Positions 1-12,580 of a stretch of 64,000 bases of DNA are shown piece by piece (the first letter of the stretch is position 1; each line of letters begins with the position of its first letter). Source of the stretch: Dendrobates tinctorius (taxonomy: Eukaryota); the NCBI RefSeq assembly GCF_039654945.1, contig NW_027361725.1:14632001-14696000 (forward strand), in the 5' to 3' direction. A program made the translations under genes and the position numbers. The notes beneath the pieces are model-generated. The model had not been told where the DNA came from and did no database searches. It was given only the letters and a program-made list of their open reading frames with translations.

Positions 1-1350
1 GGACCAGCAGCACCAGTGCATTGCGACCCAAACGGAGAACTCGCCGATGATACAAGCAGAGATGACTTTGCCTCGGCAGCATCTGAGGAGCACAGGGGCA
101 CTGAAGACCTATTGGAAGGAGCCTGAAAGCGCTCATTTCCTAGCCTAGGTGACCAGCCACTGATGACAGACTGTAGAGGTGGTTGGTAACCTAGTCAACA
201 ATATTAAAATCCCTCCTTTCTCAAGAAGAGAGGATAATGGGCAGCGCTACATTGCAATTATCTATTCATGATCATAAAAAAAACTTTAAAAAGCCCAAGA
301 AATCGGTGAACGGGCGTTTCTAGGAAGACTTGAGCCAATTTAGCAGCTTGTGCTCACCGGTTAATTGTTGATAACATAAAAAGTCCCATTATCGGCAGCA
401 CATCGCTCCGCATAAGCAGGAGAAGTGACATAGAAAACACGGTGCAGTGTAGGGACCGAATGATTGCACTAACGATCGCTGTCAGGCTAGAAAGTTTTCA
501 CCAGACATTCCATTTAAGGGTTTTACTTTTCAATATTGTATTGTTTTAAAGATAGGGGACGCCAAATATATATCCGGGAGCCGATCTAAATCGTTCAAAG
601 CGTTTTCTTTCTTTTCGCCATTCGGATGTTGGTTTCACCTTGATGGCACGTACCCTCTCTAGAGGGCAAAGGCTGGGGCTGTGCCTGAACCAGGAAACTA
701 TTACCTAGTCCATTGTAGCTCACTTGTTTGCACAGAAATGACAAAATCCCTGGTGCGCAAGTATCAGAGTCGCCGTTGGTTTGTTTTTGAGCTAAATCTG
801 GCTCGGCTTTAGGAAATGTCGACAATGCAGTCCGTATTTCAGATCTGGCACTGCTATGCTGGCAAAGGGAGAGTTAAAGTACAGTTGACAGCGCTTTCCT
901 CCTCCCCCCACCCTGCTGAGAGCATGTGTCTGTGTATTTTCCTCTTCCCTCCCTCTAGGGCTTCCTGCACGCCTCCTATGAAGCTTAGCTCTTAAAAGCA
1001 GCTGCTGAGAGATGCAGCAAACACTGAAGTCCGAGCACTGGTAGAGTTAGAGGCAGGAAGGAAGGGGTAGACCGTGCTCTGGTGGTGCCCCGCGCAGCGC
1101 CACCAACTCTTCTTCCCTTTAAACTCTGCACGCAACTTTTCTTTGACCACAGTTGGCTCATTCACTCTGTGGAACTGCACTCTGGGTAATTCCAGACATA
1201 GCTCCGGTGTAGCCAAGTTCTTTCCCATATTACCGTATTGGTGCCGTCCTCATCAACAGTCATCTAGACCGCTCCCCGCTTAAGCTAGAAAAGGTTCTAG
1301 ACCACATCCGGTCACCCCAGTATAGTTCTGGATTTTAGATTTTTTTTAAA

Positions 1351-1582
1351 ATGCAACGTGAAGGATGTAGGATGGGCGGGGGGGTGCAGGAGCCGGTGGC
1401 TGCCGGGATGATCACCTTAGACGATTTGGACAACATGACGGACGAGCTGGGCTCCGACTCGGCGTACAACAGCAACGGAAGCATCGAGGAAGAAACCGAA
1501 CCCATGGAAGACGGAGAACAGGACCGGCTGCTCAACTACTGGCAAACTGTGGCAAGAGGACATCAAGTTGAGGTGCCAAATG
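1351..1582 (+). CDS. soul3: SOUL/heme-binding protein family gene (soul3-like), coding exon 1 of 5 (joined CDS 822 nt, 273 aa)
   Basis: ATG 1351; MQREGCRM...MITLDDLD...DRLLNYWQTVARGHQVEVPN, then G|GTAAG donor (phase 1). Phases join correctly with the four downstream exons. Symbol is from recalled similarity to fish soul3. Confidence 0.85.
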
Positions 1583-2686
1583 GTAAGGGGACACGGGGTC
1601 AGAATCACTGTTTGGGGTGTTTGACATGACTTTGTTCATGCAGCGCTCCCTGGTTCATGTAAAGAGCTAGATACAATCTTGTATGCAAAGACTAAGGGCT
1701 CGTGCAGATGACCATAGTTTCGGTCAGTGTACGATCAATAAAAACATCAGATTGCACTCGGACCAATGTTATTCAATGAGGCTGTGCACCTTTACGATTT
1801 TTTTCCCCTTTACTGGCACTCGCCCATTCAGGTCTATGGGTCCGTGGATAACAATGGACCGAAGTCGGATGACATCACAGAGACTGAATGGAGACCATGG
1901 GAGAAATGTTGCTTTTTTCCCAGTTCTCCACATCCGGGAAAATCGGATCCGAGTCTAATCAGCATAATTGGGCCGATTTTCTCGGATGGAGAACGTATGG
2001 CTGTCTGCACCTGGCCGCAGGCTGGAGTCACATGTTTCCTGACCCAAAACACTACAGCGTAATTTATGTCGGGCTAATGGGCTGTCCCCAGGCAGGAGAT
2101 CTGCGGCCGATCCATACTAGTGTGAATCCAGCCGGATACGGAAAAAGTTCTGCAACTTCCTCATATGCCAAGTATCAATTTCTGCTTGCTGTCAGTGAAT
2201 GGTAGCACTTCTGGCTTACAGATGGCACAAGAATCTTTAGCTTTGCTATAAATGTATCCAGACTAATCCATCTTCAGCTCAGGATGTCAAACTGACACAT
2301 TGTAGCAAACTCCCAACACAGGAGAGATTTAGGCTGTTGGTGGTAGGGCAGGACCAGCTAGTAGGGTTTGGGTGTGAGCAGTAAAGTTCCCATTCCAGTG
2401 CCAAGGCATGCTGGGTGTTGTAGTGAACACAGTATTTGCAGATTATTGCAAGGCTCTGTCAGCTCCAGCGCCGGCGAGGAAGAGAATCATCCCCCAGTAC
2501 AGACTTAAGTCTATTAAAAAAGGATTTACATCATAGAGCTTATTCACTCTGTGCTGCAGCCACGACCAGAAGTGACAACTGGCCTGTCTGCAGCAAGGAC
2601 AAAGTGGCTTCTCTGCTACATGCAGGCCCATGTGATGGTCCATCATGTTAGCATTCTTGCCAAGTTCGATAGTACAAGGTCACTTG

Positions 2687-2968
2687 CAGTTGTGCCCAAA
2701 AGTTTACATACCCCAGCAGAATTTTTGCTTTCTTGGCCTTTTTCAGAGAATATGGATGATAACACCAAAACTTTTGATCAGGGTCATTTGGATGGTTTGG
2801 GTTGTCATTATGATTTAAAAAGAGAACACACAGAAGTTTGACAATAAATGGCTTCACCCAACCACTAACCCTAAGTGGAGGATAAGGTTTGGTGTTCTCA
2901 TTCATATTCTCTGAAAAAGGACAAGAAAGCAAAAATTCTGCTGGGGTATGGAAACTTGAGCATAACTG
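2687..2968. mobile_element. Tc1/mariner-derived MITE
   Basis: CAGTTGTGCCCAAAAGTTTACATACCCC...GGGGTATGGAAACTTGAGCATAACTG, long imperfect TIRs, TA at the right flank. Confidence 0.7.
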
Positions 2969-3409
2969 TATATGCTCGCTTCTCTTTATATTATGCTCGT
3001 ACAAGTCTAGGAAGTGGCGATATGAGGTGGTAAGAGGTGAAGATCGCACACCGATCACAAGAACAAGAGTCCCAAAGTCCCCTGTGTCAGCAGAGCGGAA
3101 GTGAACATGTGCGACCTCTCCAGTCTACAGAAGTGGTGGTCGCACATGCTCAGTAGAGCTCCATTCACTTCAGGGATTGTAAGCCCTCAGTTCCCGGGAT
3201 CAATTACAGATGCCAGACAGTGGCTTATTCCTCACTTCCTAATGGGAACACATGAACACGCACTAAAGCTGACCATGTGTCAGATCGCAAGAAAAAAAAA
3301 AAAAAGTACCTTTCAATGCTAAAATAGACAGTCTGCAGCATGCGTGCCACTAAGTCTCCTTACTGTATAACTTGCTTGCCAATACCTGTCTAGTGTAATC
3401 TGTCTACAG

Positions 3410-4125
3410 GGAGCAGGTGTGGGCTCTGTCCCTCTGCAGGCAGCGGGGGCGGTCCCCTGTCCCTCTACAGGGGGGGAGGGTACCCCGTCCCTCTACCGTG
3501 GGCTGGCTCTGTCCCCATACAAAGAGCAGGGGTGAGCCCTTGTCCCTCTGCAGGCAGCAGGGGCAGGCTAGGTCCCCCCTACAAACAGCGGGGGTGGGCC
3601 TCCGTTCCTCGACAGGCAGCGTAGGTGGATCCCTGTCCCTCTACAGGAATCGGGGGTGGGCTCAGTCATCCAACAAGCATCAAGGGTGCACCCTTGTACC
3701 TCTGCAGGAAGCAGGGGGCGGGCCTCCGTTCCTCGACAGGCAGCGTGGGTGGACCCCTGTCCCTCTACAGGGATCGGGGGTGGGCTCAGTCATCCTACAA
3801 GCAGCAAGGATGCACCCTTGTCCCTCTGCAGGAAGCAGGGGGCGGGCCTCCGTTCGACAGGCAGCGTGGGTGGACCCCTGTCCCTCTACAGGGATCGGGG
3901 GTGGGCTCAGTCATCCTACAAGCAGCAAGGGTGCACCTTTGTCCCTCTGCAGGAAGAAGGGGGCAGGACTCCGTTCCTCGACAGGCAGCGTGGGTGGACC
4001 CCTGTCCCTCTACAGGGATCGGGGGTAGGCTCAGTCATCCTACAAGCAGCAAGGGTGCACCGTTGTCCCTCTGCAGGAAGAAGGGGGCAGGACTCCGTTC
4101 CTCGACAGGCATCGGGGGCGGTCCT
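3410..4125. repeat. GC-rich minisatellite: ~124-bp higher-order unit built from ~31-bp monomers
   Basis: Units start at about 3615, 3739, 3860, 3984 and 4108; degenerate ~30-bp monomers lie at 3410-3610. Confidence 0.85.
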
Positions 4126-5666
4126 TGTCTGCTCCTTGCATTTTAAACTGCATGTAGGTTATAAGAAGAGGTGGGATTTCAGTTCAAATAAAGGCAATGC
4201 GGAGATAAAAGGGAAAGAATGTTTCCACACCTACAGTGCTGGCAGAAAGCTGATAAATTGAGACTACCTACTAGTTACAGAGCACAAAAATCTCAGGACA
4301 GTTCCCAGATATATTAGGTATGTGCACCAAAAAGCAGTTTTATCTTGTTGTGGGAAGTAGGGAACCAAAAACCACACTATTCTACATGCTTTATCTGAAG
4401 TGATAGGGATGCTTGAAGTCAACAGAACAGCTTATATCAGGGTATTTGACATTATGGGAAACTATGTCCAAAGCTAGAACGTGCAGCCACTTACAAGTCT
4501 ATATACACTGTCTGTGCTTCATTGAGTCATTACTCCATTGCTATACTGTGAGTGTGCGTGATAGACATCCCCTCACAGATTCTACCACCCGCAGCTTCTT
4601 CAAAAGACTGCCATGTTCATCTACTTCCCGTCCCATTCACCAGTGGATTGTTTGCTTCCATTACACAATTAATCCTGTATATGAATACCTCATTGATCAC
4701 ATCGAGACCATACAACATGGGACACCTTCCATAAGTCCCTAGGGTGGAGACCCCTCCAGGGAGGAAGAGCCCCACAACATTTCTAGACAAGGCAGTGTGC
4801 ACCAGCGGTCCGTTCCCTACTTCGTACAGGTCTGATTGTTAGAACACATTCCCCTGTACACATTTCGTTACCCCCCCCCCCGTTATTTCTGCTGCATGAC
4901 TGAGCCATTAGCCGGGAGGAACAAAGACTTTCCACCACAGCAGGACCGTACACACAGACCAGCTGCGGTCGATGGTCTTGTCCTATTAGATGAGGCTTCG
5001 GGACTACACCTTTAGTAAGCAAAGATACTAAACAAAATTAAAATAATTGGTTTTCTTTGACTATTAAAAAAAATTAAAAATTCTATTAAATGTTTATTGT
5101 TCCGAATCCCCGCAGCCATCACATGACACCCCTGGTCTGAACTGAAGCCTTCCCATACAAGTATATTGAAAAAGGCACAATACCTCTGCACATGCGCTGC
5201 AACAACAATCTTCAGCAAATGCGCATTGGTGAGCCGATATAAAAAGTAACTTTGTACACAAGTGCCAGAAAACAAGGATCGATTGGCTTCTCTAGATGGT
5301 ATGGTGTGACAGACGACATGTGGCGAGAGAGCAGCAAAAGGTGTTAAAACAGGGGCCGAAGTGGAGAGACTCTTGTAAATAAATTTAGTATTGGAAAATC
5401 CCTTTAAGAAGGACCTGTCACTTGCTCAAAAACGACACTTTAAAAAAAAAAAACTGAGCTTTCCTGATTCTGCCGCTGGTTTCCGTTTTGCGCTGTGTCG
5501 CTCCATTGCAGAGATTCACATTTGTTGCTTTTGAAGCTCACTATGGGAAATCTCTGCTTGCAAACCACCTGAGCGTTTCTTCAGAGTCTTCTCAGAGAGG
5601 CATAAAGGTGCACGCTCCCAATCGGACGCTGCCAATTCCAGCTTGGCAGCTGATCTAGCAGTTTAA

Positions 5667-6015
5667 GGGTGAGTGCGCACAGTGCGGATTGAGCTGCAGA
5701 TTTTTCCGAGCGGATTTGCAGGTTAAACTGCAGGTAAAGTGACCTGCGGGTTTACCTGCGGATTTACCTGCGGATTTGCCAGCGGTTTTCCCCTGCGGTT
5801 TGACACTTAGACAATGGAACAGGTGTCAAATCACTGCGGAATCCGTAGAAAGAATTGACATGCTGCGGATTTAAAACCGCGCGGAAAAATCCGCAGCATG
5901 TGCACCGCGGTTTTTAAATCCCATTGATTTGCATTGTACTGTACAATGCCTGCAGATCTGCTGCGGATCAGCAGGGCCAAATCTACTGAAGAATCCGCAA
6001 CGTATGCACATACCC
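5667..6015. mobile_element. PIF/Harbinger-like MITE nested in an older MITE (~5405-6265)
   Basis: GGGTGAGTGCGCAC...GTATGCACATACCC termini, TAA/TTA flanks, internal TGCGGA repeats. Confidence 0.6.
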
Positions 6016-7974
6016 TTACAGTCTCAGATGCCGCACACATGTGATGATCAGCGTCTGGAAGGGGGGAGGACTGAAAGCGCACATCCCCCAGAGAAGACTC
6101 TTTAGAGACACCCAGCAGAGATTTCACATACTGCGCTCCATAAACATATGTGAATAGCTATACAATGGATCAACGCAGCGCAAAACGGAAGAGAGGTAGA
6201 ATCGGGAGAGTTCACGGATTTTTACAGAGTACATAATTTTTTTGCGCAAGTTATTGGTCCACGTTACATTTTGATCACTTTACAAGAGAGGTGCATAAAT
6301 AAGTAAAATGAAAGTGCAAATGCACACTGCCAAAGTCTATCAGTGGCTCCATGGACAGAATACAGGCTGCCATAAATCGCAGCCGTGACGTCGCCAATTT
6401 AACTCATAAGGAAATGGAAAGGAATGGAAATTGGCCTCCAGTTTTAAGCAAATATAAGGAGATTTCCTGGAGCGGTCTCTTTAAATAAAAGCCCCCCCTC
6501 TTGATCAAGCAAATCTAAAATACACAGGTTTTTGCTACACGTTCCTTCACCCCATGTGCGAGTAGAATCTGTGCTGTCCACGCCGCTGATTCAGTCAGTG
6601 GAGAGCACTTATCCAACCTTGCAGAGCATTCAGCGAGCGCTGCAGATAGCATTTGGGAGATGGAGTGCATTCAGTGACCTTGTACGCTGATCCTGCAGCC
6701 GTAAACCATGCAGGCCCTGAATTACCAGCCCAAGAGCCGCTTCCTTCATGTGCCAGCTGCTACAATAAGAGGATTTGATGAAAATCACAGAAAATCTCTT
6801 TGCAGTGTATTAAAGTAAACAGTGAACAATACATCGCAATCCCGTCCTTACATCTAAGGGAAATCTTACAGTGATTAGGTCTCTGAGAAATGAGAATCTG
6901 TCAGGCCTGAGAATATATTTATATAGGGGAGCAGAGAGAAAATGGGTCTGGATTACCAGATATTCTGCATTACTGGACGGTCAGATTACTGAGAGCGAGC
7001 AAACCCAACTTGTAATGGCACAATGGAGCACATAACCAGTTCAGCTCTGTTATATCTTCCCATGTTGCATGCACCATCACCATACCATCATGCACAGCTG
7101 TGCAGGTAGTACAAGCCCAATACCCGGGACGAATGTAGATCTCCTGGCTGTTTAAGAGTGCCGAAGCCTATAATCAATTATTCACAAGGTTTATTGTAAA
7201 TAGCAGAAAGATACGCAAATATCGGCTTTCAACAAAACATTCACCAACTTCACCTAGATTGGACCAATGGAATTGACTACAATTGTGCATGGCTTTATAT
7301 AAAAGGGGCACTGAGTCTCCTTATGGAGACCACCAAACCAAATGGGCACAGGGAGATTAATGGGTCAAGAGATGCTCCCTGGGAAAAAAAAAAAAAAAAA
7401 AAAAAAGCTTGCTATCTAGTGCCCCCTGTTGGAGAGAGCTACCCTAAGAGTATAAAATGTCCATGTCTTTAAGGCGACCCTCCACCTATCATACTATATG
7501 GGAGGATACATTTCTAATGTGCAGTGACTGTACCAAATGTGCTTCCTTTTACTGCCTCCATATCAGAAGTCAGGATCACATTGTTATCTGTTACATTGGC
7601 CAAATACAGTGCCTACAAGTAGTATTCAACCCCCTGCAGATTTAGCAGGTTTACACATTCGGAATTAACTTGGCATTGTGACATTTGGACTGTAGATCAG
7701 CCTGGAAGTGTGAAATGCACTGCAGCAAAAAAGAATGTTATTTCTTTGTTTAATTTTTTTTTAAATTGTGAAAAAAGTTTATTCAGAGGGTCATTTATTA
7801 TTCAACCCCTCAAACCACCAGAATTCTGTTTGGTTCCCCTAAAGTATTAAGAAGTATTTCAGGCACAAAGAACAATGAGCTTCACATGTTTGGATTAATT
7901 ATCTCTTTTTCCAGCCTTTTCTGACTATTTAAGACCCTCCCCAAACTTGTGAACAGCACTCATACATGGTCAAC

Positions 7975-8992
7975 ATGGGAAAGACAAAGGAGCATGCCAA
8001 GGCCATCAGAGACAAGATCGTGGAGGGTCACAAGGCTGGCAAGGGGTACAAAACCCTTTCCAAGGAGTTGGGCCTACCTGTCTCCACTGTTGGGAGCATC
8101 ATCCGGAAGTGGAAGGCTTATGGAACTACTGTTAGCCTTCCACGGACAGCCTTTGAAAGTTTCCTCCCGTGCCGAGGCCAGGCTTGTCCGAAGACTCAAG
8201 GCTAACCCAAGGACAACAAGGAAGGAGCTCCGGGAAGATCTCATGGCAGTGGGGACATTGGTTTCAGTCAATACCATAAGTAACGTACTCCACCGCAATG
8301 GTCTCCGTTCCAGACGAGCCCGTAAGGTACCTTTACTTTCAAAGCGTCATGTCAAGGCTCGTCTACAGTTTGCTCATGATCACTTGGAGGACTCTGAGAC
8401 AGACTGGTTCAAGGTTCTCTGGTCTGATGAGACCAAGATCGAGATCTTTGGTGCCAACCACACACGTGACGTTTGGAGACTGGATGGCACTGCATACGAC
8501 CCCAAGAATACCATCCCTACAGTCAAGCATGGTGGTTGCATCATCATGCTGTGGGGCTGTTTCTCAGCCAAGGGGCCTGGCCATCTGGTCCGCATCCATG
8601 CGAAGATGGATAGCACGGCCTACCTGGAGATTATGGCCAAGAACCTCCGCTCCTCCATCAAGGATTTTAAGATGGGTCGTCATTTCATCTTCCAACAAGA
8701 CAACGACCCAAAGCACACAGCCAAGAAAACCAAGGCCTGGTTCAAGAGGCAAAAAATCAAGGTGTTGGAGTGGCCTAGTCAGTCTCCTGACCTTAACCCA
8801 ATTGAAAACTTGTGGAAGGAGCTCAAGATTAAAGTCCACATGAGACACCCAAAGAACCTAGATAACTTGGAGAAGATCTGCATGGAGGAGTGGGCCAAGA
8901 TAACTCCAGAGACCTGTGCTGGCCTGATCAGGTCTTATAAAAGACGATTATTAGCTGTAATTGCAAACAAGGGTTATTCCACAAAATATTAA
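7975..8992 (+). pseudogene. Tc1 transposase (DD34E), one frameshift near 8145
   Basis: MGKTKEH... paired-like N-terminus in one frame; WSDE, QQDND and NPIE in another, with 34 residues between the second D and E. Confidence 0.92.
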
Positions 8993-9148
8993 ACCTGGGG
9001 TTGAATAATAATTGACCCACACTTGTATGTTTAAAATTTATTAAAATTTAACTGAGCAACATAACTTTTTGGTTTGTAAGATTTATGCATCTGTTAATAA
9101 ATCCTGCTCTTGTGTGAAGTTTGAAGGCTCTAACTTATTTGCATCTTA

Positions 9149-9391
9149 GGCCTGTTTCACACTTCCGTTTTTGTGTCCGCCAAACGGATCCGTTTCCGTT
9201 TTTTGACGGAAACTGATGCAAACGGATCCGTTTTTTTTAAAAACGGATCCGTTTTTATGACGGATCCGCGGTAACCGTAATGGAAGTCTATGGGACAAAA
9301 AAACGGATCCTGCAAAAAATGGCGGATCCGTTTTTTTACGGAAAACAACGGATTTTGACGGATTTGAAAAAACGGAAGTGTGAAACAGGCC
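9149..9391. mobile_element. PIF/Harbinger-type MITE inserted in the Tc1 element
   Basis: TIR GGCCTGTTTCACACTTCCGTTTTT, 3-bp TSD TTA, internal AACGGATCCG repeats. Confidence 0.9.
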
Positions 9392-11522
9392 TTATCAAAC
9401 CTGCTAAATCTGCAGGGGGTTGAATACTACTTGTAGGCACTGTACGTCCATATAGCTGCCCAGCCTGCAACACACTGAGGCCAGATTCAAACACCACGCC
9501 TGATTGCCAGCGCCACCTCTCCGAGCCCTGATACTAACGTAGCCCCCACAGAGTCCAAATACCAATGCTTCCCCAAGCCCAAATGCCAACACCTCCTCAT
9601 CAAACTCAAATACTACTACGGCCACATCATGCCCTGGACAACTGTAGTGCCCACTTCAGCTAGGGTGGCTGATGTGCATAGGTCACACAGCTTTTGGACT
9701 GGGGTATTAGTGCTTACCAGGTGCCGAGTAGTCACCAACTTTGGTTGGGCAACACCAAAGTCATGACGGTGGACGCAGTAGCGAGCCACTGCAGACTGCA
9801 GTAGGACTAATCAGAGACCGGCAATTTCGAGCATACAAAGCATGGGAATCTGTAAAGTCCTTTCGAGGACAACAGTCATTAACACAAGAGTGACCTCTTC
9901 TGAATGCAATTAGATCTTAGCCTTGGGGAGCAAATGTTATTGTTCTTGGTGCCATCTGGATTGTGTTCCATAAATCATGAAACCTGAATTGAACCAACTC
10001 AAAAGCAGATGGTGGCAGTTCCCCAAGGTCCCAAACGTAAATTACGGTATAATTTTTTTTGTTAGTGTAGGGACAGGGTGACAATCTTTGCTCAAGCCCC
10101 TTTGCATCCAAGATTAGCTTTGTTTCTTGGACTATAATAATTCCAACTGGGATTTTTAGGAAATAACCCATTGATCCTCAGACGTCCTCTTGTCAAAAGA
10201 TCACATGTAAATGAGAACAGATCTATAGCTTGTCCCACAGCTCAGCGTGGTACGGTATACATAATCACAGATGACTAAGGACCCATCAACAATGGGTTTA
10301 GTGATGTGCACGCTGGAATTCTACAATACACGCGACTCAGAAAAGCTTCCAGGTAATTTAACAGGAGATTCTCTGGGAAACATACGAGACGGAGATTTGT
10401 TTACGCATAGAAGAGCATTTCCCCAGAAAAAAAGCTTCCAATGATCAAAGAAAACATTGCATCCAAACTGTTTGGCACCAGTGGTCAGTGATGAATATTG
10501 AGGGCTTGTATTCATCTGATATTTATGGAAGATATATTTTCAGTGTTTTAGAGAAAGGACAAACATAAAACATTCACTCACATCCCTATAAGGCCGGCAG
10601 AACCTCTCCAACTTAATAACAGTCCATGAGATGGTACTATACATGCGTTTCATTTCCAAAAAAGGTAAAATTGCGATAATGAACATGAAAATGTCTCCTG
10701 TCTTAGATCTCATGGGGTGAATATATCCTGTAAGTTGGGGATCTCAATCTACTAAAAGACCCAGCATATCCCACAATCAGCCCCCACATAACACATGGTC
10801 TATGTAAAAACATGGACATGTGAGAAGCCTCATAGGTTATAATGGATATGGGTGGTATCCACAAAAAACAAAAAAAAAAAAAAAAAAATGGATGCCACAT
10901 GTACCGGAAAGACATATGTGAAGGGAGCCTTATTTTGTCCACAACACATTCCATGTATGGGCACCACTGTTACTTACATGAAGTTTTGGGGTTGGTGGAC
11001 CATATTCAAAAGTTCCAACCGAATCCACAAGTACTAAAAAGGCCAGGGGAGTGAGAACAAAGCAAGTAGTGATTTTATCTAATATGTGGATTCCCCACAG
11101 TGGACCCTACGGGAAAAATCACAGGATCAGCAATTTTAGTCTCTCTTCGAAGCTGTATGACCCGTTCTCTGTCCAAGAGGCAACCAACAAAAAGCCATGA
11201 TCAGCATACGAAAGGAGGACATAGAATATGAGAATTGCTTGAGGGTGCAGACATTACAAGGATTTCTTCACATTAACCAGTCACGCCTCGACCGAACATA
11301 TTCACCCAGATCTCTAGGAGTCTCTATGGCGTTAGTAAAAAAAAAAGTCCATAATAATAATAGACGTAAAATGCAGACATAGGATCTGTGCATTTTATGG
11401 AAAATTGAAGACATCTGACACATACAACACATAGGAAGATAATGTATATTTATAGTTCTACAAACCCTCAATTATTAAAAACAAGGTGTTTCCTGAATCC
11501 TGAGGCTCATAAGATGCTTTAA

Positions 11523-12580
11523 AGGGAATCTGTCAGCAGGATTTTGCAACGTAATCTTGAGTGAAGCATGATATAGGACAAGAAAGCCTGATTCCAGCGA
11601 TGCATCACTGATCGTTTTTATCTGATGTAGATGTAGCAGAGCTAAGGTTTCTGGAACTGGATATAACCCTGCCCACCAGGGCTGTGGAGTCGGTAAGCCA
11701 AACCTGCGACTCCGACTCCGACATTTCCCTTACACCGACTCCAACTCCGACTCCACGACTCCGACACATATTGCTTATATTTAAGTGAAAAATTTATTGT
11801 AGTACAATGTGAACCTCAGACATTTAATAATTTTTATGATCCAATAATCAAGATGTTTAGATAGAACAGAATATATATTGGTGTACTACCCGGTTTTCAT
11901 TCTTTTTGGTACAGATACGATATGGATAGACAGATATGGATAAATGGATAGATAGAGCAGATTTCTAATCTGCTTTTGCTATTGAAAACATTATCTATGA
12001 GCTCAAAAACCTTTCAGGTGATGCAGTTTTTTAAAAAGATGATCAGCTTTTGCAGCTGATAAACGTATCCTCAAAAAACACAGGAAAAACGTTGTGTGTG
12101 AATGTAGCCTTAGATCAGGAATAGAACAGCCATTTATAGGACATTTCATAACTTTCCCAAACTCCTATGAAAAAATATTCAGCACATCCTGCATTGAACT
12201 ACTGTACCCAATTTATTATATATTTTAGGAGTCGGAGTCGGTCCATTTTATACCGACTCCAACTCCGACTCCGACTCCACCAAAATGAGCACCGACTCCG
12301 ACTCCACAGCCCTGCTGCCCACACCCGATTGCACAGTGTAAACAGGAAACAGCCATTGTCAGCCAATCAGTGGTGGGGGGCGGGATAACACCGATTAGCT
12401 GCACTGGCTTGCAGATGAGACCTAGTCAGAAAGTGATAATCTCCTGCTGATAAAACGCTTCAATTGTATTGAAACTACAGCACACAGCCTAATAAGTGAC
12501 ACATCACTGAAATCAGGCTCTCTTGCCCTATATTATGCTGCTCTCAGAGTAAATAGCAAAATTTTGCAGATAGATTCTCT
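11523..12580. mobile_element. TTAA-targeting (T2/Kolobok-like) MITE, interrupted by a hAT MITE
   Basis: ttaa|AGGGAATCTGTCAGCAGG...TTGCAGATAGATTCTCT; the right end is degenerate. Confidence 0.65.
11677..12314. mobile_element. hAT-type MITE
   Basis: TIR CAGGGCTGTGGAGTCGG, perfect 8-bp TSD CTGCCCAC (11669-11676 and 12315-12322), subterminal CCGACT repeats. Confidence 0.9.

Larger units (their letters stand above)
7607..9442 (+). mobile_element. Tc1-family DNA transposon, full length
   Basis: Perfect 46-bp TIRs CAGTGCCTACAAGTAGTATTCAACCCCCTGCAGATTTAGCAGGTTT, TA target duplication at both ends, inner TATTCAACCCC repeats near 7800 and 9000. Confidence 0.95.

Noticed and set aside
3417-4261. Three overlapping ORFs of 173-203 aa
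   Set aside because: They are translations of a stop-poor minisatellite, with no domain or splice support.
10500-10540. KYQ-containing minus-strand stretch as a possible FANCM exon 5
   Set aside because: It reads IFHKYQMNTS, with no further similarity and no matching splice sites.
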